This document shows positions 36,795 through 48,255 of a stretch of DNA of 48,255 nucleotides, piece by piece (the stretch's first letter is position 1; each line of letters opens with the position of its first letter). The stretch is from Rhizaria sp. SCN 62-66 (taxonomy: Eukaryota), in the NCBI GenBank assembly GCA_001724265.1, contig MEDY01000010.1:124001-172255 (forward strand), given 5' to 3'. Position numbers and translations under genes: made by a program. The notes beneath the pieces were generated by a model, which saw only the letters and a program-made list of their open reading frames with translations, was not told where the DNA came from and searched no databases.

Positions 36795-39035
36795 ATGGTG
36801 TACCGCCGGCTCAACTGCCAGTCGTGCGCAGACGTGCTCTGTTGCCGCAGCTGCTGCGGCGAGCGCGATTGCTGCTCCTGCCTCATCCCCAAGTCCGCCC
36901 CCGAGGCGAGCCGCATGATGACCTTCGGCGGCTTCCTCTTTTTCGTCGCGTGCCTCTTCGTCGGCATGGGCTTCCTCGTCCCCGCGTTGTTGGACCGCTC
37001 GCTGGAGCGCGGGCTGCACCAGCTTAAGGCGCTTGACTCGACCGACTCGCGCGCCTACTCGCTCTTCAGCGACAACCACGAGTACCCGATCAAGCTCTCG
37101 ATCTACGTCATGAACGTGACAAACCACGCTGCCGTGGTCAACGAGGGCGCCACGCCCGTGATCCAGGAGGTGGGGCCCTACGTCTACCTTCAGTACCGCC
37201 GCGCGCTCAACGTGTCGTGGACCCCCGACGCGACCGAGCTCAACTGGCGCTACTTCAGCCGCTTCGTGTTCCAGCCGCAGGAGTCGGCGGGCGACCACGA
37301 GAAGGACATGGTTTACTCGCCCAACGTCATCTTCTGGGGACTCGCCGCGTCGTTGCGCGACACCAACCCCGGCCAGCTCGTCGTCGTGGCCACCTTCTCG
37401 GGGCTTGACGACGTTGGGCTCGCCTTCGTCAAGCGCTCGCCGCGCGACGTCATCTTCGGCTACGCCAAGGAGACGGACCCGATCCTCAAGATCGTTGGCA
37501 AGGACCACGAGGGGCTCATCACCAACTTCACCTCGGAGGATGACGCGCTCAAGCGGGCCAAGTACGACACCATCCGCACCGGCTACCCCGACATCCGCAC
37601 GCTCCACCAGCTCGTCCAGTACCAGGTACGATACACAATCTGCCTCTAGATTGTCCTTAAGCGTTGTAATTCTCTTGACTATGTCGTCAGGGATGCAAAC
37701 AACATGCCTATATCTCACCTCTCTCTTGTTTTTTTGTTTTTATCTTGCTTCCCTCTCGTCTCCGCGTCCGACCCCGTGCGCACCGCGCCCCCACAGGGCC
37801 AGGAGGTGCTGCGCAACGCTGACAACTCGTCCTGGGCGTGGGCTAACCCCGAGCTGGGCCGCGTGCGCGGCTCCGACGGAGGCATGTTCCCTCTGCCCAT
37901 CAACCAGTACTCGAAGCCGACCGTGTTCGTCTCGTCCTACTACCGCTCCATCGACCTGGACTACGTCGAGCGCCGCACTTACAAGGGCGTGCACCTGGAA
38001 CGCTTTGCCGTGCCGGCCACGATGTGGCTCTCCAAAGACAAGGTCCCCGACAACATCGACTTCGACCAGATTCGCTGGGACGGGCTGCTCAATCTCACTT
38101 CGCCGACCAGCAAGGTGCCGTTCTACCTCTCGCGGCCACGCTTCCACATGGTCGACGAGGACGCGCTGACCAACATGCACATCGAGTGGCTGCCAGAGGC
38201 TGCCGACGCTTTCCCGTCCGACTACGAGACCTTCTTCGACGTCGAGCCGACGATGGGCGCGTCCATGTCTGTGGTGACCAACTCGCAGCTCAACCTGCAG
38301 TTAGCACCCTTTACGGTGACCTACATGCAGGATGACAAGCCGACGAACCGGACTTTCTGCCCCAACATGACGACCTTCATGGCGCCGCTCTTCTGGGCCA
38401 ACCAGTCGGTAATGATCAGCGACAAGGACGCCAGCGACTTCGTGGGCTCCGTCTATGCCGTCTTCGACATCATGCGCGTCACACCCATCGTCTGCTACTC
38501 GATCGCGGGCGCCATCGCGCTCATCGCGCTGCTCATCGCGCTCCGCGGGTACAAGTACCACCAGCTCTATCGCTTCGAGGGCCACGTCTTCGTCGAGAGC
38601 GACAATGTCGACAACAACTTCGCCAGCGACGCCGTCATCGCACAGCACCGCCACAGCCGCTTCACGCGCGGCAAGCCTGCGCGCCCCGACGGCGGCGTCG
38701 CGGGCGACGCCGAGGGCGTGGGGCTCGACTCGCTGGCAGCCCACTACCAGGCGCGGAACGGGCGCGCTCACGGCCGTCGCTACGGCGCCACGGGCGAGTC
38801 GCAGACCGCGGTCGTGGCCGTCGCCGGCGCAATCGCCATGGATGGCAACGGCGGCAACGGCGCGGTGCGGGGCCAGACCGCGGCCCGCGGGTCCGGCACC
38901 GGCTCGCGCCAGAGCTCGCGCTCGCGCCCGCGCAACGACAACGGCAGCGGCAGCAACAGCGGCGACGGCAGTGTGGAGCGCACCGTCGCCGTCGACGCGC
39001 CCGAGCTCGACATGCGCTTCGCCAGCGACGATTGA
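36795..39035 (+). CDS. CD36/SCARB (LIMP-2-like) scavenger receptor family protein with two TM helices; exons 36795-37625 and 37797-39035
   Basis: N-terminal TM (FGGFLFFVACLFVGMGFLVPALL), IYVMNVTN...PVIQEVGPYVY, VRGSDGGMFP, PFYLSRPRFH, TFFDVEPTMG, APLFW, and C-terminal TM (IVCYSIAGAIALIALLIAL). TGA stop. Confidence 0.9.
37626..37796 (+). other. Spliceosomal intron (171 nt, phase 0) in the CD36-family gene
   Basis: CAG|GTACGA...CCCACAG|GGC; AT- and pyrimidine-rich relative to the flanking exons. Confidence 0.85.
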
Positions 39036-39862
39036 GCTGGCAGGCAGCGCTGTCCGAGAGATGAGTGCCAGCTGAGTCGTGTGAGTCGCAGTTAAAACTG
39101 GTGTTCTGCTTTCGTGTTTGACAATGGTTTAGGGTCGTATAAAGGGTCAGTGTAGCTTGGCTTATTGGCTTAGTTGAGCGAGATTATCATAGTTCATGTC
39201 GCGGTCGTCACTGCTTTATTGGCGATGACTTGTGTCGTCGTGGTGGTCTCTTGCTTGTTTGTCATCCCTCTGTCTTTTTCCAATCTTGGTCGCAATCGCG
39301 CTCTGCTCTGTTGGCATTACCTATGTTGACGTAAGTTCACTCGCACTCACCCGCGCTGAGTGCAGACGCTTTTACAGTCACATGCACACATCATTATCAT
39401 TAACACTCACCCCAAACAACACTCGCTACGCATAAGCGAACGCGGGAATCAGCAAACCTAGTAACTTTTCGTTTTCGTCTCGATCATAACAAACGATTTT
39501 TTTATCACCTTATTGTTTTTCAGAATACATTCGTCTATCCCTTTTGAATCGACGTTAATTTTAATTATTATGAACGTGCATTGCTTAAGTCTGTCGCTTT
39601 TGAGCAATGTTAGCAATGAAGTAATGAGTGTTGACATCATGCACCCGAAGCACAAGGCAGGACAAGAGCGGAGTAGATGTGTTGAAAGTTGTGAATAATT
39701 ACAGCAGGAAGAAGAAAAAAACGAAAAGAGAAGTGGGGAGCTCAAGTACATAAGTCTGAAGAAGAAATACAAAAAGAGGTGCAAAAGTGAAAATAATCAT
39801 TGTTAAATTTGGATGTTGGACAGAGGTGTCATTAGACTTCAGGTAAGAGTCAGTCATATGAG

Positions 39863-42166
<2,304 letters not shown>

Positions 42167-42636
42167 TTGATAGGCTGACCTTAGGTCCACAAGATGCAGA
42201 TAGAAAAAAACGCGCCACTGGGCGCTAGTCGCAACTTTAGAGAAAAATAAAACGGTTGAATAAATAATATATTTGTAAAAATCTGGATAGCCGTGAAATT
42301 GCACAATTGACGATAGAACTTTCGAAATCAGAACATTTTAATGAAGTCGACTTGACGCGAGCCGCATCATCGCGTGCGGCACGAGCCACCACAAACCGTG
42401 TTGTGCATCGGGTCTCAAGTTCAGCCCAACTTTATCGGTTGTTATCGTCACCATGCCGTCGTCAACCTCGTGACGCGTACACACATCCTGTTGCTAATCT
42501 CTTGAATTACTTGAAATGTATTTGCTTTAAGTCAACTTCACTCTTAGCAAACAAGAAGCACAAGGATAAACCGCCTTCATCTAAAGGCCACCACGAGTGA
42601 AATCGGCTGAGTTTGTAGCCGCTACTGGGCTTCAGG

Positions 42637-45600
42637 ATGAGTTCTTCGTCTCCGCCCGATATGGTTGATGATCTGCCGCTTCCTACAGTTGCTGTTTCGC
42701 AGGACTCTGCTTCTCCTGGTCGCTACCTGATCCCAGGTTCGGCATCTGCTGGTCCTGCTGCACCTGCCGCTCCAGCCTCTGCCTCCGGCTCCGCGTCGAC
42801 ATCTGCCGCCGCTCCAGCTCAGGTTTCTCCAAAGAGGTATGCTGTACCGCAAGCAGAAATTACGTTTGGACCGACGATATTGCAAGACAGCGCGCAATCA
42901 TCGCAGCTTGAGTCCGACATTGAAAACAAGCCTCACACGCAAAACATCGACACTAGTAGCGCGCTGTTTACTGCCACTGGCAGCAGCAATAGGATCAGCG
43001 CGGCGACAGCCCCGCTCAACCAGTCAAGCATGCTGTACCGCACTGCTGCAGCGCACAGTCAGTACAGTCAGTACAGCAGTCCGGCTGTGTTTCACCGCGC
43101 CAGCCCCGCCACCAAGCCTGCCCACGCAGTTGCTGCAGTTGCGGACGCGGCGGACGCGGCGGACGCAGCGTACGTCACTGATGAAGCCGATACTAATGCT
43201 ACCGTGGGCAGCACGTATAATGGTAACAACAGCGCGAGTCTAGCACGAAGTTTTAACACAAAGAAAGCGGAAAATGATTCAGCAGCTGCGGCAGCGACAG
43301 ACGCTGCGACAGACGCTTCTGCGGTGACTGAGACGGCTAATGACACTGCAACAGGAACTGGAACTGCTCATTTGACAGTTGACAACGCTGTTGCGGCTGC
43401 AAACAGGGCAACCGCTGCAGCTCAGGCTGAGGCTGCAGCGTTGTCGCGGCGCTGTTCACGGCTGCAGCGCAAGCTATCAGCTCAGCAGCAACAGCAACAG
43501 CAGCTGCGGTATCAACGGTACTTGTTCAGCACAAGTGCTTTTACAGATCGTAGTGCAAGCGCAATGGCCAGTCAATTTGTGGGAAGCTTTAGCGATAGGA
43601 CTGTCTCGCGACTACTGACATCAACGTTGGCGGCCGCCGCAGCTGCCGCCGCAGCTGCTGCCGCAGCGGCTGCAAACTCAAGTGATAGTTTGGAGACCGA
43701 GAGCAGCAGCAGCGTCAGTGCGTTGCTTGGAGGCTCGCACCCTTACATCCTAGACCTACTTAGACGGGGCTACCTAAATCCTGACGACAAAGACCTCTCT
43801 CAAGGATACGGCACCGACGAGGTCTGTGCATCACACTTGCCGGACGCCTATCGCGACAGCGGTGACGCCGCGAACGTGGGCAACACGGACAAAGACAGCC
43901 GCAGCGCTGGAATAAGCCGTGCTGCCAATGTGTCTGCTTTTGCGCGCAGTCCACCGTAGTCCCCGCTTTGTGGTCACAGCGACGCAGTCGTCAGCTGCAC
44001 GCTGGGGGTGTCCTACTTAGAGGCCTACGTCGCCACACTCACGGACGCCATCAGGCGGCTAGACTCGGCAACATATCAGTCACTCATAGCGCCAACGGTA
44101 TTGGAGCAACAGTGTCGTGTGCAGATAGCGCCGGATAGGGCCAGCGCTGCTAGCAGCAATCTCGTCAACGGTGACGCACCAGCAACGGCGACAGAGGCTG
44201 CGACAGAATCTAATGGCGACAGGACTCGGCGTAGCGTGCCGTCGAGCACGGGGTCTGCAAGCACGCTTTCGGGTTCCAATAGAGACACCGCAAGTCCCGC
44301 AGTCCTCGGCCTTCCCGCCTCAGTCGTCGCGCTCGTGACCGCGGCCGTCTCGCACACGCTCTCGGTCACGGCCACAGCCACCGCGCCGCTGCTCACTGCC
44401 GCGCCGCCCCCGCCGCCGCCCGCCGCCGCGACGGTCGTCCCCGCGGTGCCGCGCGGCGGGCTGCGGGCAAGCGCCTCCTTAGACGGGGCGAGGATGACCC
44501 CCTCAGCCGTGGCCCACTTAGCCGTGGCCGCGGAGGCCGCGCTGGCGGTGGGCCCCCGGCCGGCGCTGGTGCCCGGCGCGGCCTGGAGGGCGCAGGATCT
44601 CCACCGAGACCAAGGCGCGGCAGGCGTGGCGGCGGAAGAGGCTGCGGCACGCATGCGGAAGCACGGCGAGACTGAGCGAGCGAGACGGGGCGTGCTGACG
44701 GGGCTCGGCGCGGCGGTGCCAAACGCACACCCCAGTGCGCAACCTGTTCTATCAGTATTTAACACCGTATCTGCAGATATCAATAGCGATGCGCTTACTC
44801 CTTTTGCCGGGGGAACTGCGAGGGGGCTCCAAGGGAGGAGTGCTCACTGTGCTTTTGCTTCAGTGTTTAGCCTAAGCTGCGCGCTGGTAGGTCGATGTTT
44901 CAGAACGTGAACAAAAATCAGATTACTAAAAATATGGCAGGATATGACTGAATTCTAAAAATATGATATAATTAAATGTTCTTATTTTAGAAAAGAAATA
45001 TTATTGAATTTGGATTGCAAAAGTTTCAAAATGACTTATATAACTCAATTTATAGCAACTTGCTCACTCCCGCACTGTACTCATTGCGCTGCCACTCTTA
45101 CACTGGCATAGGGCAACGACTTGTCCCGTTTGTTTTCAGCCTGGCTGGTGCCCACAGCAGCAACACTTCTCTCTGTGTACCCTTCAGCAACCACAGCGGC
45201 ACACGACGCTTGGGCTGGCGCGAGTGCGAGCGCGAGTGCTATGATGGTGGCAGCGACGCCGACAACAGAGGCGGGTGCGTCCGTTCTCGCCGCGGCACAG
45301 ACGCAGACACTGCTACAGCTGAGGGCCAGGGCAAGCGCGCACGGCCGCAGGCTACTTGCGCGCGTGTCGTCTGCACTCTCCTGCCTTGTTATGATTCTCT
45401 CTACTCCCGCTCCCACCGCATCAGCAACAGCAGCAACAGGACTGCCGCTGTCCGCCCAACTCCCGCGCACCCTCTTGCTGCTACGGCTACAGCGCGCGCG
45501 TTCTCTTGTGTTTAGCGCAGCACACGCGTTGCTTCGAGGGCTAGCACAGAGCCATCCACTGTTATGCGCGGCTGCGCTATCGGCGGTTTTGACCGCGATT

Positions 45601-47925
45601 AGCCACAGAGCAACACAGAACAAGAGCAGCACAGTTGGCGAAAAGTCGGGAGGCGCGAGAGACTGCGATCTATGGCTTGGATCCTGTCTAGAGTGCATAA
45701 CTGCCTTGTGGTCACTGATTCCTAGCGCGACTGACACCGCGCTAACGGCTCATAGCATCCACGGGGGCGGCCATCGTAACTAGCCTGGGGCAGCGCGAGT
45801 TGTCGCGCCCTTTGCGCCTCCTTTACAAGCAGAAGTAGCTGCCGACGCTGGGTGGCAGCAGAAGCTAAGGGCGTTGGCAATGCTTTCAGTCACTCCGCAC
45901 AACATCCATGCAGAGACGAGTGGCCGTGATACGAACATTGGCAGTAGTGCTGATGTTAAAGTTGGCGACACTTTGCCCGCCGTGGCTGGGGGTGTGCCTT
46001 CAGTTACGAGGAGCGCATTCACAGTAAGCAGCACTAGCAGCACCGAGGACAAAAATTTCGGGACTAAAGGTAAGAAACAGAGTGGCGTTAGCGGGAGTGA
46101 GAATAACACGCAGTCGCACCACTTCACCGTTACGCAAACACACTTGGGCGCAGACTCAGAAACAGCCGCGTAGGCTGCTGATGTTTTGACAGGCACTGGT
46201 GCAACCTTAAACGAAATGCTGCTGTGGCAACATCAGCAAAGTCACATGCAGCAGTGGAAAGCAGCCCGCGCGGTGCTCAGTGTAAACAAAAACACGACCA
46301 GCAATGGTGATACAGCTGCAAGTGTCGGTTCCGACTCGGACTCAAACTCAGACATTGGTGATGACCAGAGCGGCAAGAGTGGTAGCAGTGGCGTTGGCAG
46401 CATTGATTCCGACACGCAGTATACGCAGCTTCCACGTCTTTTCATTCGCTCAGCAAACAGCTCGCAACTTAACTTGAATCATGGTCGACTCACCTTCCCG
46501 CAGCCGCGTCTCAACACAGTACTGTCAATAGCCATCTGGAGAGCGTGCGCGCGGCTCCAGGGCCTTGTGCCGGTGACTGTAAGCGGCGGCGGCGTGCTCA
46601 CTGTCGCTTGCCAGCATCGCCAGCAACGTCGACATTGTGCGACTGATAGCATAGGAGGTTCGCCGACGGTGAGCTGGAATGGCGTCGGCGTTGTGGAGCG
46701 GGGAATTCAGAGGAAACACAGGGCAGAACACGTTGAATCTAACGTGATGGACGATGATAACAGAGAAGAAGAGCGTCATACTGAGACGAAGCGTAGACTA
46801 AGCACTGGAAGCAGTGCGACTGAAGGCCGTTGGGATGTAAACACGTTGGCTGTACAAGGGCAGCTGACTTGCATTGAAGCCACTTGCGTCCAGAATTTCA
46901 ATGCTGACGTAAGTTCTGCAAGAAATTCAGGTAGTGTCTCTACGTTTACACCACTTTGCTCGTGTTGCGAGTCGCTTGGTTACGTGCCACTAACAACAAC
47001 ACTAACATCGCTTGCGAGCGCATGTCAAGACCGGACCAGTATAGAGTGCCACAACAATGAAGAGGCAAGTGAGCCAACAAATCACGCTTACATGTCAGCC
47101 ACGACATCATCAGATCTAATTTCTTTTGCCGACTTAACTGTCACTCAGCGCGCATGTAACACACCTGCAAACGAGACTGCGCCACAAGCGCCGACACTGT
47201 CAGACGCGCAGAGTCACACTCAGTCCTTGAGCTCAAGCCGCTGGTCCCGTTTGCATTCACGGTTCACCCGCGCCCATTGTACCGAGGCAGGGACTTCTCC
47301 AGAGAGTGACGACGACGAGGACTGTCCGTGGACAGCAACCGCAGCGATGGCAGCAGTGGTGGCGGGCGACACGCTGTCGCAGCTGCGGGCCGAGCGCGCG
47401 CGCTGGCGGTGTCACGAGGCGCGGCGCCGCGGTCACACAGGCCGCAGGGGCACAAACGCTAACGCGCGTGTTGATGATGATCACGATGACGGTGACGGCA
47501 ACGGTGACGGCGATATTAGCAGTGACTGTGACAGCATGTTTGCCAACAGCGACGACACGAGCGACGACGATATGACGCTCACCCTGTTCGCGACTCACTA
47601 CACGCAGGCCGGACATTAGCGCAGACAACGACTAAAGCTGAGGCAGCGGGCGGCAGCCGCAGCGGCCGCAGCGCGCGCGTCTCACTCCGCAAACACAAAC
47701 CGTGCACCAAGTTCCAGCGCGAGTGCGAATGCGAGCGCGATTGCGGGCGAGAGTACTGGCGCAAGCGCGAGTGCAAACGTGGCAGCAGCTGCAGCGGAAC
47801 AAAACACTACTGCTCACAGTCACCGCATGGGGGCGGTGACGGTGAGCGCACAGCCTGTGCTGGTGCCGGTCCGCACGCTGCCTGGGCTGCTACCTCTGCC
47901 ACCACACTGGTTACCTCTGTTTTAA
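42637..47925 (+). CDS. Orphan low-complexity protein, ~1687 aa if TAG is read as sense; exons 42637-44886 and 45112-47925
   Basis: Track ORFs 42637, 44008, 45121, 45874 and 46186 all share one frame. They are separated only by TAGs (43957, 45781, 46171, 47617) and one AT-rich intron. The frame continues about 100 codons past the last TAG to TAA at 47923-47925. No recognisable domain. Confidence 0.7.
44887..45111 (+). other. Probable spliceosomal intron (225 nt, phase 0)
   Basis: CTG|GTAGGT...GCTCAC...CATAG|GGC; very AT-rich. An alternative frame-preserving pair is 44891-45139. Confidence 0.65.
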
Positions 47926-48255
47926 TACAATTGTTGACTGCAGTAAAAAAACACACACACACACGAAGGAACGCGAGCAGTGACTCGTTTTTGCCACGCA
48001 CAATTGCCACAATACAACATCAAGCTCTCGCAAACAGGGACGAACAAAACAACAACCCGGATAGACATACAAACATTCAATATATTAAGATAATTGGGGA
48101 ACTACAGACATCTTAAACGCGCGCGCAGGGCGATAATCATGCTCCTTGCCAGCTGCGAGTTGAAGCGGCGAGATTACAATCTTACCAAAGAGTCCGTAGG
48201 GTGATATCAGCGCGTACGCGTTCCAGTCGGCATGCTGATGGGACCGGGGATCGAA

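Noticed and set aside
37647-37649. TAG between same-frame CD36 ORFs as a further readthrough site
   Set aside because: It lies inside a canonical GT-AG intron, so it was not counted as evidence for recoding.
48235-48255. Minus-strand TTCGATCCCCGGTCCCATCA resembling a tRNA T-loop and 3' end, or the end of a minus-strand CDS
   Set aside because: Truncated by the window edge; the 5' half is not visible and there is no poly-T terminator. Neither reading can be supported.

Overview
Gene-dense eukaryotic nuclear DNA, probably from a flagellated, mitochondriate protist (inferred from an axonemal dynein light chain and an organellar RsfS-type protein). Exons are GC-rich, intergenic spacers are short and AT-richer, and GT-AG introns are 120-270 nt. 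Ten protein genes can be modelled: a >1790-aa unknown (minus strand, runs off the window start), POLE3/DPB4, DNALI1/p28, a ~1937-aa RsfS/MALSU1-domain protein, a ~5825-aa DEP+PH protein, RPS16, a class II eIF4E, a CD36/SCARB receptor, a divergent kinase and a ~1687-aa orphan. Main observation: nine in-frame TAG codons interrupt three otherwise continuous reading frames, one of them inside a kinase N-lobe. No TAA or TGA interrupts an exon, and all nine modelled gene ends are TAA or TGA. This points to a variant nuclear genetic code in which UAG alone is a sense codon; the amino acid is unresolved (Leu, Gln or Glu are candidates). Second observation: 9 of 10 genes have a splice-acceptor-like YAG 1-15 nt before the ATG, suggesting spliced-leader trans-splicing or near-universal 5'-UTR introns. 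RPS16 carries an inferred ~40-nt frameshifting deletion. All family assignments come from motif recognition by eye, not from database searches.
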